Assembly: GCA_050255815.1 (NCBI GenBank)
Contig: JBLMVJ010000020.1
Span: 1 to 53,579, forward strand
DNA: 53,579 bases
Direction of reading: 5' to 3'
Source of the DNA: Candidatus Levyibacteriota bacterium
GTDB lineage: Bacteria; Patescibacteriota; Microgenomatia; Levybacterales; GWA1-39-11
Part shown: positions 17,574 through 26,106 of the stretch, piece by piece
Layout: the number at the start of each line of letters is the position of its first letter
Numbering within the stretch: the stretch's first letter is position 1
Made by a program: the position numbers and the translations under genes
Notes under the pieces: generated by a model
What the model was told of the DNA's origin: nothing
Database searches by the model: none
The model's input: only the letters and a program-made list of their open reading frames with translations

Positions 17574-18323
17574 GAGTATGAATTTTTCTATAACATGAGC
17601 GACCCCGTCTTCATCTACAGAGGGGGCAATGTAATCTGCAACTTCTTTTAGGTCAGGGATTGCGTTTCCCATGGCAACCTTAAGCCCGCATGCCATAAGA
17701 AGTGGGAAATCATTATACCCATCCCCAACGCCAATAATTTCTTCCCTTTTTACCGGTACTGTTTCCAGGATCTTTTCAATTCCGTGTAGTTTCGTTGCAT
17801 TTATATGGGTGATATTAACGCCATATTTATCAGGTTCTTTATGTTTTGTTTTATGCAGGGCAATATTAGAAAATTTTGAGAGATCATTAAAAACTTTCAC
17901 CATAGTTTCATGGGAATAGCATTCATAGGAAAATATCATGTAGGCTTTTTTAAAATCATCAACTTTATAGAAGGGACCGCCATCATAGAAGTCTTCTTTT
18001 ACAAAATATTCAATTCCATAGCTCTTAAGAATTGATGTTACTTCTTTCGCTTCCCCTTTTTCTATAGGGCAGTCGTAAAGCGGTTCTTTAGATTCTATAT
18101 CAATAACACATGCCCCTGCGTTTGTAACAATAAGTCCGGACGTAATTCCTAATGCTTCTCTAACTTTTGCGGTTGCGTTAAAAGCCCTTCCCGTTACCAG
18201 AAAAATACTTACCTTCTTTTCAGCTTTTTTAATTGCCCCGGAAACGTTTATTGAGGGTATTGCGTCATATTCATAGGGGATGAGAGTCCCGTCTATATCT
18301 AGCATGAGGGCTTTGTATTCCAT
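17556..18323 (-). CDS. Cof-type HAD-IIB family hydrolase
   Basis: MLDIDGTLIP (motif I), TGR (motif II), and GVGDGYNDFPLLMACGLKVAMGNA (motif III/IV). Confidence 0.85.
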   Translation of the reverse strand: MEYKALMLDIDGTLIPYEYDAIPSINVSGAIKKAEKKVSIFLVTGRAFNATAKVREALGITSGLIVTNAGACVIDIESKEPLYDCPIEKGEAKEVTSILKSYGIEYFVKEDFYDGGPFYKVDDFKKAYMIFSYECYSHETMVKVFNDLSKFSNIALHKTKHKEPDKYGVNITHINATKLHGIEKILETVPVKREEIIGVGDGYNDFPLLMACGLKVAMGNAIPDLKEVADYIAPSVDEDGVAHVIEKFILSPHEG

Positions 18324-18408
18324 AAATAATTATATCACTATTTTTATACGGCAAAAGACAGAAGATATTTTAGATTCTTCCGTCTTTTGCTTTTTTTGAC
18401 CGGAACCG

Positions 18409-18543
18409 CTATTCCTGGTTTTTATCCGTTGTGTCATCTTCTCCCCAATCCTCCATCATCTGGTCATCATTGCTTGCTCTTCCGCCTTTTATACCTTCCT
18501 GGTCTTCTTGTTCCTGGTCAATTCTTTGATCATCATCTGCCAT
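18409..18543 (-). CDS. Small acidic 44-aa protein, paralogue A (below the ORF-track size cutoff)
   Basis: AAGGAGGTGAATAACATATG start context. Translation: MADDDQRIDQEQEDQEGIKGGRASNDDQMMEDWGEDDTTDKNQE. A weak hairpin (18354-18387) lies downstream. Confidence 0.5.
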   Translation of the reverse strand: MADDDQRIDQEQEDQEGIKGGRASNDDQMMEDWGEDDTTDKNQE

Positions 18544-18591
18544 ATGTTATTCACCTCCTTTCAGGTTTATTTTGAATAGCCTTTTCCGGCG

Positions 18592-18726
18592 CTACTCGTT
18601 CCGGTCCTCTTTTGAGTCCTCCTCATTTTTGTCGTAAGCACTTCCTCCCTTTTCTCCTTTTTCATGCTCAGACTTGGATTGGGACTGATCCATTTTGTCT
18701 TCATCATTTTTTGTATTGTCTGCCAT
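18592..18726 (-). CDS. Small acidic 44-aa protein, paralogue B (below the ORF-track size cutoff)
   Basis: AAGGAGGTGAAAAAACATATG start context, almost identical to paralogue A. Translation: MADNTKNDEDKMDQSQSKSEHEKGEKGGSAYDKNEEDSKEDRNE. Confidence 0.5.
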   Translation of the reverse strand: MADNTKNDEDKMDQSQSKSEHEKGEKGGSAYDKNEEDSKEDRNE

Positions 18727-18749
18727 ATGTTTTTTCACCTCCTTTTCTT

Positions 18750-19232
18750 CTAATTCACTGTTTTAATTTCAAAATTTTCCTCATCTTCAGTTTGCCCATC
18801 AGGAAGAATAAATATAAAACATCCTGATACTTCTCTGGGTTGGTTTGAATGCACATCCCTTGCAGTTCTTTTCTGCATCCGCGAAGCAATTGCTTCTACG
18901 AGTAAAAGTATCTGATACACATTTGTGTAACGTTTCTCTCCCTGGTGGTTTTCCGGCAAAAAATCCCTAATTTCATCTGCAGTTGTTTCCCCGGAAAAGT
19001 TTGTCTTGATATAACGGTTTATCACCTGAACTCCTCTTTTCTCATAACTGCCTTTTCCATTAAAAAAATATACTATAGCTATATTCATTCCCTCTTTGGT
19101 AAAAATTATTGCCTCAGTTTTTCCTAATCTTCCCTCGCCTTGTATAAGTTGTATTGCCGGGTATGCCTCATTTTCATATATTTGGTTGTTGTTTTCCGCT
19201 TCTGCAAAACGTATATGTTTTTGAGGCTTCAT
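18750..19232 (-). CDS. Hypothetical 160-aa cytoplasmic protein, first gene of the operon with the twin acidic peptides
   Basis: Intact ORF with no recognisable family. Its stop lies 23 nt before the paralogue B start. Confidence 0.55.
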   Translation of the reverse strand: MKPQKHIRFAEAENNNQIYENEAYPAIQLIQGEGRLGKTEAIIFTKEGMNIAIVYFFNGKGSYEKRGVQVINRYIKTNFSGETTADEIRDFLPENHQGEKRYTNVYQILLLVEAIASRMQKRTARDVHSNQPREVSGCFIFILPDGQTEDEENFEIKTVN

Positions 19233-19436
19233 GAACCCATATTACGGTTTATCTGTTAGAGGAAAATAGCATTTCCGTAGAAAAACGGTAAGAAACATTT
19301 GAGCTGAATATAGACAATCACTTGCTGATATAGCGGAAAGAGACTAGGGAGGTTTTTGTCCACAAACAACTTAATTAGATAAATTCTTAAATATCCTTGA
19401 CTACAGACATGCTCTAGCTGTACGCTAGATATTGGC

Positions 19437-22400
19437 GTGAAAATTCATTTTAGAAAAAGAAGAAAGGTTTTACTGGGTTTTACTTTAATAGAACTATTAA
19501 TTGCCATAGGTATTCTGTCAGTTCTTCTTTCCATAGTCCTTATTGCGGTAAACCCTTTTGAGCAGATTAATAAAGCAAATGATGTAACCACAAAAGCTTC
19601 CTCAAAAGACCTGGTTTCTGCAGTAAATTATTATTTTACCGCTGAGAAAGTTACTCCCTGGACTAAAGACACCTCCTGTAGGAGTGAGCTAACTACCGGA
19701 AAAGTTTTAACAGATATGCCTTCTTGTGCGCAGGATTTGACAAAAGGCGGAAAATTGCAGGAAAGTGTGATGGCCAGTCCGCAATCTAAAGATATATATG
19801 TTACAGAATGCGCTGATGCGGTAGCGGTTTGTTATCATCCCAAATCCCAGGCATTCCTGAAAGAAGAGGATGCAAAATACACAAAAAATGGGGCATTGCA
19901 GCCCGGGTGCCCCGGAGGGTCAGGGTGTTACTCGTGTACATTTTCAACCAACGATGCACAGGAATGTTTTCAGGCGCTCAACCCAAATGGCTCTCTATCA
20001 CTGGTGGTGTCCCCTACGCCGGGGCAGCCCATTCCCATTCCTGAACGGCACTCAAAAGATGTTTGTTCTTCAGGAGGACCGGGAGAAGCTGCTTGTATGG
20101 CAGATGTAGTTACTAATGCAGCCGGAACTCCGCTCACATCTCTGGCTTTGCCTGCAGGATTTGGTCCGGCACAGATTCATACTGCGTATAACCTTCCCTG
20201 TACTCCCGGAGGAACTTTGCAGTCAGTCTGCGCAACTCCTTCCAGTTTTGGTCCGCGTACCATTGCTATAGTAGACGCTTACCATTCCCCAACTATAGAA
20301 CAGGATTTGGCTGTGTATAATCAGACCTATGGGTTACCACCATGTACTGTTACAAACGGATGCTTATCTATAGTTAACCAAAACGGTACCACTTCCCCTA
20401 TGCCTTCAGTCAATTCACTCTGGGCTTTAGAGATAGCTTTAGATGTCCAGATGGCGCATGCAGTTTGTCAAACGTGCAAAATTTTAGTAGTGGAGACAAA
20501 TTCAAACTATTTGGTTGATTTAAGTGCCGGAGTAAACAGGGCAGCCCTTATGGGTGCACATGCCATATCAAACAGTTATGGGGGAGCAGATTGGGCTGGT
20601 GAAACAGCGTATGATGCAGCATTTGACCACCCAGGTATTTTTATTACTGCCTCTTCAGGAGACTGGGGTTACGGAACATACCATCCTGCCTCTTCTTCCC
20701 ATGTGATTGCGGTGGGCGGAACCAGGCTATCATTGTATCCTGATAATACCTACGCTTCAGAAACCGCTTGGACCGGGGCCGGGAGCGGTTGTTCTCCGTA
20801 CTATACTGCTAATGCATTCCAAACTGCAGTTTCCGGTTGGAGTGCCACCGGTTGTGGAACAAAAAGAGGAGTGGCAGATGTTTCCGCAATTGCAGACCCG
20901 AATACGGGTGTTGCTATCTATAACTCAACTTCTTATAACGGAAAAACCGGATGGTGGATACTGGGGGGCACCAGCGTATCTTCTCCTATCATAAGTGCTG
21001 CTTTAGTTCTTCAGGAAGCAAATCCGGCAAATGCTACTCAATACGTATATGACCATGCCAATAGGTATAGAGATGTAGCCTCCGGTTCAAACGGCTCATG
21101 TGGAGGAAAAACTGCGTGTACGGCTGCCGTAGGATATGACGGGCCTACCGGCCTGGGTTCCCCAAATGTGCTTCCTCCGGCTAACCAAACGCCGGTCCCT
21201 ACCCCTACGCCCATTCCTCCTACTGCCACTCCAACCCCAATTGTGTCCGGCCCAACTCCAACCCCTATTCCATATGCTTTGGATGATACAAAGCTATTAG
21301 GTTCATACGCTGTATTTTTATATACTGATCCTGGAGTCCCCTCTCCCTGGATGATGGATATTTCCTTTAGGCCTGATTTTGGGGGAGTTGTTTCACAGCA
21401 AAAGTATAACCCAACTCTTTATTATGATCCTGACAACGGAGATACTGTTTTGAACGCTGCTTATTTTGCAGATGGCCAGTTTGGGGATTCAGCTAGTGCT
21501 ACCCATATAGCATTTCGTAAACTTACCACAAAACTGGAAGGATTTATGAGCCAACCATACCTATGGAGGTCTTATAGGGAAGGATGCGGAAGAACTGTAT
21601 ACTGGAGGCTTTTTACCAATGGTGATAGAAGTAAAATGGGACCCACTCAGACCGGAACTATTGATTGTTCTACCACCGTTGGTGTTGTGGATCCGCCCCT
21701 TTCCTGGTATACCGTTTTTGATGCAGTGGCCCAAAGACAGAAATACTACGAACCCCTATGGGATGCGGACAACAACGGGGTGATTGATTATAACGACTAT
21801 GTTATCATGGCCTTAAAGACAAAATCCCGGGCCGGAGGCTGGGTACCTCCTGAAATTCCACCATCCCGCTATATTGTTGATGTAAATAATAAGTCATTTA
21901 CTAAAGTTACCAACTACTCTTTAACCGGCAAGACTCCTGTACCTACCTGTGCGTTAGGAGAAACTACCATATGTCCTCAGATGCCAATTTTCTCTGGGTC
22001 TGATGCTATTGGTCAATGCAATATAGGAACTGCAGTTTATGCAGTATTTTCAAGTGCGAATTGCCCTGGTACGGTCTTGACCCCAACGCCCACATCAGTT
22101 CCAACGTCAACATCTACTTTGGCGCCCCCTACGCCTACACCTACTACAGCACCTGTTAGCTGTAATACCCAGCATACGGTAAGCCTCAGCTCATCCGGTC
22201 CAGTTGTTGCTCTTCCCGGTGATACGGTTAATAATACGCTTACCATTATTAGTAATGACACTTCCGGGTGTTCAGCCTCATATACTATAAGTGTAGGAAG
22301 TCCTACCGGATGGACCATAAACGGTATACCCACTAGCTTTACGTTGGCCGGAGGGGCTACAAAAAGTATCCCCTTTACCATTTCTGTTCCAGCATCTGCA

Positions 22401-23366
22401 ATGGCAGATAACTACACCTACCAATTCTGGGTGGCAAAACAAGGCCAAACATCTGTCAATCCAGTTAATGGATATATTCAGGTTGCACAAGTAGGTCCCA
22501 CAAATACACCTACCCCTACTCCTATTTCTTGTACTCAGGGATGGACTAAATCACTAGGGAGCGCCAGCATGAGCGGAAACGGAGGAGATACTATTAACCA
22601 ATCACTAACCATTACTAATAATAATCCTGCCGGTTGTGGATCTGCAGTATTTACGATTAGTTATTCAGAACCATCCGGATGGACAACTTTAAGCCTACCG
22701 CCATCTATTACACTAAGCGGCGGACAAAGCACCACTATCCCTTTTACTATCACTATTTCAACCGGTGCACTGGTTGGCGATTACACTACCCAATACTGGA
22801 TTAATAGTGGGGACACACCTGTAAATGCAACTATTCACGTGCTCAGTACTGGCACGCCTCCTTCAGGACAAATGTTTAGCAATTTTGGCGGAAAATTCTA
22901 CGGGGATTATGCACTTTTTGAATTTTCTTATAACATGAATGGTACCGGAAACTTCCGCCTGGATGTAGCTTCTGATCCATCAGCTCTCAATCAAACTGTA
23001 GGACCTAATCCACTTGCATACTATGGTTTTGCCTTTACTTCAGGAAATGCAATGGATGCCAGCAATACCGCCACACCAACTTCTGTCAGAGGTTTTATTA
23101 AATCCAGTCCGTCAGCTACCTGGTCAGGGTGGAAATGCGGCTCCACCATCTATTACCGTATGTATAATAGTGGAGACCTTAGGATCATGAGTCCTATCCA
23201 ATCAGCAACAGTGGATTGCACAACCGTAGTAAATGTTCTCCCGTGGGACGCATGGTACAAAGCTATTTACTATGGCGTATATGATAGTAGGTATGATGCG
23301 GATAATAATGGAGTGGTGAACTGGACAGATTATTGGATATTAGTCAGAGCTACCAGGTTGAGGTAA
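19437..23366 (+). CDS. Giant type IV pilin-like (prepilin N-terminus) protein fused to a sedolisin-type (peptidase S53) serine protease, NEW3-like domains and dockerin-like loops
   Basis: Leader MKIHFRKRRKVLLG / FTLIELLIAIGILSV (G-F-T-L-I-E class III signal). S53 motifs: LEIALDVQMAH (compare GEASLDVQY), ASSGDWGYG, GGTSVSSPI. Two PTP linkers. Two about 110-aa domains with the PTGWT/PSGWT...IPFTI pattern. DADNNGVIDYNDY and DADNNGVVNWTDY loops. Confidence 0.8.
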   Translation: MKIHFRKRRKVLLGFTLIELLIAIGILSVLLSIVLIAVNPFEQINKANDVTTKASSKDLVSAVNYYFTAEKVTPWTKDTSCRSELTTGKVLTDMPSCAQDLTKGGKLQESVMASPQSKDIYVTECADAVAVCYHPKSQAFLKEEDAKYTKNGALQPGCPGGSGCYSCTFSTNDAQECFQALNPNGSLSLVVSPTPGQPIPIPERHSKDVCSSGGPGEAACMADVVTNAAGTPLTSLALPAGFGPAQIHTAYNLPCTPGGTLQSVCATPSSFGPRTIAIVDAYHSPTIEQDLAVYNQTYGLPPCTVTNGCLSIVNQNGTTSPMPSVNSLWALEIALDVQMAHAVCQTCKILVVETNSNYLVDLSAGVNRAALMGAHAISNSYGGADWAGETAYDAAFDHPGIFITASSGDWGYGTYHPASSSHVIAVGGTRLSLYPDNTYASETAWTGAGSGCSPYYTANAFQTAVSGWSATGCGTKRGVADVSAIADPNTGVAIYNSTSYNGKTGWWILGGTSVSSPIISAALVLQEANPANATQYVYDHANRYRDVASGSNGSCGGKTACTAAVGYDGPTGLGSPNVLPPANQTPVPTPTPIPPTATPTPIVSGPTPTPIPYALDDTKLLGSYAVFLYTDPGVPSPWMMDISFRPDFGGVVSQQKYNPTLYYDPDNGDTVLNAAYFADGQFGDSASATHIAFRKLTTKLEGFMSQPYLWRSYREGCGRTVYWRLFTNGDRSKMGPTQTGTIDCSTTVGVVDPPLSWYTVFDAVAQRQKYYEPLWDADNNGVIDYNDYVIMALKTKSRAGGWVPPEIPPSRYIVDVNNKSFTKVTNYSLTGKTPVPTCALGETTICPQMPIFSGSDAIGQCNIGTAVYAVFSSANCPGTVLTPTPTSVPTSTSTLAPPTPTPTTAPVSCNTQHTVSLSSSGPVVALPGDTVNNTLTIISNDTSGCSASYTISVGSPTGWTINGIPTSFTLAGGATKSIPFTISVPASAMADNYTYQFWVAKQGQTSVNPVNGYIQVAQVGPTNTPTPTPISCTQGWTKSLGSASMSGNGGDTINQSLTITNNNPAGCGSAVFTISYSEPSGWTTLSLPPSITLSGGQSTTIPFTITISTGALVGDYTTQYWINSGDTPVNATIHVLSTGTPPSGQMFSNFGGKFYGDYALFEFSYNMNGTGNFRLDVASDPSALNQTVGPNPLAYYGFAFTSGNAMDASNTATPTSVRGFIKSSPSATWSGWKCGSTIYYRMYNSGDLRIMSPIQSATVDCTTVVNVLPWDAWYKAIYYGVYDSRYDADNNGVVNWTDYWILVRATRLR

Positions 23367-23813
23367 TGTCTTTTTGTTCTTCGCAACAAAAAACGCCACT
23401 CCAATAATTACCATTACCAATATAATTCCTCCGGCTAAAAGGTACATTACCGGTATTCCTCCGTTGGATTTTTTAGTTGCAGTAGTTTCCGGTGCTTTTA
23501 ATGTAAAGTTAAGCAAGCTAGAGGAGGATAGCGTTTTATTTTTGAATTCTGATGCTTCCAGCCCCAATGCTTTTGGTCCCTGGGCAGAAATAGTATAGGT
23601 ACCTGCCGGTACGGTAGCTTCATAATATCCCAGAGGGTCTGTGTTTGCGGCCGCAACAGTTTTTCCTGCTGCGTTTACAAAAAGTACTATTCCCGGGGCA
23701 ACCGGGTTATTTTTTTGGTCTAATATCTTGCCGGCTATCTTCACATCAGCGGCAAAAGCAGGGGAAGTTGCTGAGAGCAAAAAAAGAACAAGGAAAAAAA
23801 GCTTTTTAACCAT
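23340..23813 (-). CDS. Secreted carboxypeptidase-regulatory-like (CarboxypepD_reg) domain protein with a C-terminal TM anchor
   Basis: Signal peptide ...SPAFA/AD. GKILDQKNNPVAPGIVLFVN...TDPLGYYEATVPAGTYTI, then a C-terminal hydrophobic helix plus KNKK. Its 3' end overlaps the giant gene by 27 nt (convergent). Confidence 0.65.
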   Translation of the reverse strand: MVKKLFFLVLFLLSATSPAFAADVKIAGKILDQKNNPVAPGIVLFVNAAGKTVAAANTDPLGYYEATVPAGTYTISAQGPKALGLEASEFKNKTLSSSSLLNFTLKAPETTATKKSNGGIPVMYLLAGGIILVMVIIGVAFFVAKNKKTLPQPGSSD

Positions 23814-23897
23814 ACTTTATTGTACCCACTATAAAAGAGAGATTGCAAGAGCGACAAGAAAGGTTAAATTTCCATCAATTTCTGAATTTCCTTCGTC

Positions 23898-23954
23898 TTG
23901 ACAAATCTCATGTCCCCCAATATAATATACAGTCTAATAGTTAGATAGTCTAAT
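23898..23954 (+). promoter_or_regulatory. Consensus sigma70-type promoter plus a candidate MarR operator
   Basis: TTGACA (23898-23903), N17, TATAAT (23921-23926). Downstream lie the inverted repeat TCTAA-TAG-TTAGA (23933-23945) and the direct repeat AGTCTAAT (23931-38 and 23947-54), all before the marR ATG at 23959. Confidence 0.5.
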
Positions 23955-23958
23955 TAAT

Positions 23959-24390
23959 ATGGGTGCAGTAAATATTGATACGGAACTTTTTGAGCTGATG
24001 TTTCAGGTTTCAAAAAACTTTAAAGAAAAGATGGCCGGTTTTGCCGGAGCTGTAGATATCACCATGCTGCAATTCATGGCACTTTCTTTCATAGAGAAAA
24101 ATAAATCAGTGCATGTAAAGGATGTAGCTGACTATTTTTCCATTGAAATGCCTACCGCCACTTCACTTCTGAATAAATTAGCTAAATTAAAGCTAATTAA
24201 ACGTATGGAAGACAGATCAGATAGAAGGGTTGTAAAAATAACCTTAACTGAAAAAGGAGCAGCTTTGTTAACGGACGCAAAGAAAATTCAAAAAAAGAAT
24301 ATGAAAAAAACGCTTTCTGTCCTTTCTGAAAAACAAAAAGTTGATATGCGGGATATTCTTACTACCATATTGGAAAAATCACATGTTTAA
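23959..24390 (+). CDS. MarR family transcriptional regulator
   Basis: 143 aa. wHTH pattern LQFMALSFIEKNKSVHVKDVADYFSIEMPTATSLLNKLAKLKLIKRMEDRSDRRVVKITLTEKG. Confidence 0.85.
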   Translation: MGAVNIDTELFELMFQVSKNFKEKMAGFAGAVDITMLQFMALSFIEKNKSVHVKDVADYFSIEMPTATSLLNKLAKLKLIKRMEDRSDRRVVKITLTEKGAALLTDAKKIQKKNMKKTLSVLSEKQKVDMRDILTTILEKSHV

Positions 24391-25480
24391 AAAAATTATT
24401 ACCATACGTTTTCTCGTTATAGTTGCCGTAGTGTCCGCAATATTAATTGCCGGCTTAAACATTACCTCTTTTGTGAAACCTGCATCCAGAACCGCAGAAG
24501 TTTCCTTACGCCGCGTTGACTCCAGGATATTGGCAGAGGGAAAAGTTGCCTCACAAAATGAGGCAAATCTTCATTTCCAGACCGGGGGGAAATTAAGCTA
24601 CCTTTCTGTAAAAGAAGGAGATACTGTCTATGCAGGCCAGACTATTGCAAACCTGGACACGTATGCATTACAACGCCAGTTAACTGCGGCTCTTAACACG
24701 TACCGTTCTACGCGGGACACCTTTGATCAGACACAGGATAATTCCCAAAACGGTGTTTTACATGGACAACAAAGGTACAGCCTGGAAGTTCCAAATAAGG
24801 CGGGAATAACCGGAGGGCCGGAGGAAAATATTATCAATGATATGATAAAGCGGATTGTAGACCAGAATCAGGCCACTTTAGATAATTCAGTCATTAACGT
24901 AGAACTGGCTAATTATGCGCTCCAGCTTTCCTCTCTCACATCACCTTTTGATGGAATAGTGGTACATGAAGATGTAAATGTAGCAGGTCAAAATGTTACG
25001 CCGGCTGCTTCATTCCTGATTATAGACCCTAAGGCATTAGTTTTTAGGGCAAATCTGAATGAGCAAGACATTGATTATGTTGACGTAGGAAGTCCTGCAA
25101 CTGTTGTTATAAACGGGGACAATAAAACCTATGCGGGAACGGTTTTGAAGGTATATCCTGAAAAAATATCGCTGCCTTCTGGGCAAAACGTATACAGAGT
25201 GGATATAGCAGTCTCTGATTTTGGGAATATCTATTATGCTCAGGCAGGGTCTGTCCAAATAAAAAGCAACGTAAATATGGAAACATTATTGGTTCCCACA
25301 TGGCTTATCCTTAATAGTCAGAGCATTTGGGTAAAAGAAAAAGATAAAACTATTCTGAAGAAGGTTACGGTTGGAAGAACTCATGGGGACTACACGGAAA
25401 TCCTGGGTGGTCTTTCCACTACAGACCAGGTGGTAACAAACCCTGAAAGTATTGTTGCACAAAAATATAACATCTTATGA
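24383..25480 (+). CDS. HlyD/efflux periplasmic adaptor family protein
   Basis: N-terminal TM helix, biotinyl-lipoyl-like hairpin (VKEGDTVYAGQTIANLD), coiled-coil region and a beta-barrel C-terminus. ATG 24383 overlaps the marR stop. Confidence 0.75.
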   Translation: MFKKIITIRFLVIVAVVSAILIAGLNITSFVKPASRTAEVSLRRVDSRILAEGKVASQNEANLHFQTGGKLSYLSVKEGDTVYAGQTIANLDTYALQRQLTAALNTYRSTRDTFDQTQDNSQNGVLHGQQRYSLEVPNKAGITGGPEENIINDMIKRIVDQNQATLDNSVINVELANYALQLSSLTSPFDGIVVHEDVNVAGQNVTPAASFLIIDPKALVFRANLNEQDIDYVDVGSPATVVINGDNKTYAGTVLKVYPEKISLPSGQNVYRVDIAVSDFGNIYYAQAGSVQIKSNVNMETLLVPTWLILNSQSIWVKEKDKTILKKVTVGRTHGDYTEILGGLSTTDQVVTNPESIVAQKYNIL

Positions 25481-26106
25481 AAAATTTGATTAAAAAAATA
25501 AGAAATCCAAAAGTCTTACGGGTTTTAATTGGGGCATTGATAGTTATTCTTGTTGTAGGAGGGTACCTCTTTTTTGAGAAAACAAACGGGCGGGTGCAGA
25601 TAGATAATTCTTTAGTTCAGTCACCCATTATTAACATAGTTCCCGCTGCTCCCGGACGCCTTATGGAGCTGGATGCGGTAGAAGGGCATATGGTAAAAAC
25701 AGGGGATACACTGGCAGTAGTAGGATCTGAAACTATAAGGTCGCAGACTAATGGTTTGATAATCCTGGCAAATAATCAGGTAGGAGGAACGGTTTCTCCT
25801 ACGCAGCCGCTTATCCAAATTATTGCAACCCAAAATATGCGGATTGCCGGGACCATAGATGAAAATAAGGGACTGAGTGATATAAAAGTAGGACAGCCGG
25901 TTTCTTTTACCGTAGACGCTTTACCCGGTACGTTTTGGGGATATGTAGATGAGATTTCCCCTTCTGCAAAACAAACCCAGGCAGCGTTTTCTATTTCTTC
26001 AGAACGCCCTACCCAGCAATTTGTGGTATATGCCCGTTTTAACAGTGCAGCTTATCCTCTCATTAAAAACGGCATGAGTGTCAAAATGACCGTTTTCACC
26101 AAGTGA
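25477..26106 (+). CDS. Short HlyD-family secretion/adaptor protein (EmrA-like)
   Basis: N-terminal TM helix. VEGHMVKTGDTLAVV lipoyl-like motif and VGQPVSFTVDALPG barrel motif. ATGA overlap with the upstream gene. Confidence 0.7.
   Translation: MKNLIKKIRNPKVLRVLIGALIVILVVGGYLFFEKTNGRVQIDNSLVQSPIINIVPAAPGRLMELDAVEGHMVKTGDTLAVVGSETIRSQTNGLIILANNQVGGTVSPTQPLIQIIATQNMRIAGTIDENKGLSDIKVGQPVSFTVDALPGTFWGYVDEISPSAKQTQAAFSISSERPTQQFVVYARFNSAAYPLIKNGMSVKMTVFTK

Noticed and set aside
18387-18827. Plus-strand ORFs 18387-18575 and 18612-18827
   Set aside because: They have Leu/Pro/His/Phe-rich implausible sequences and no RBS. The minus strand carries two 44-codon ORFs with near-identical strong Shine-Dalgarno sequences and start contexts.
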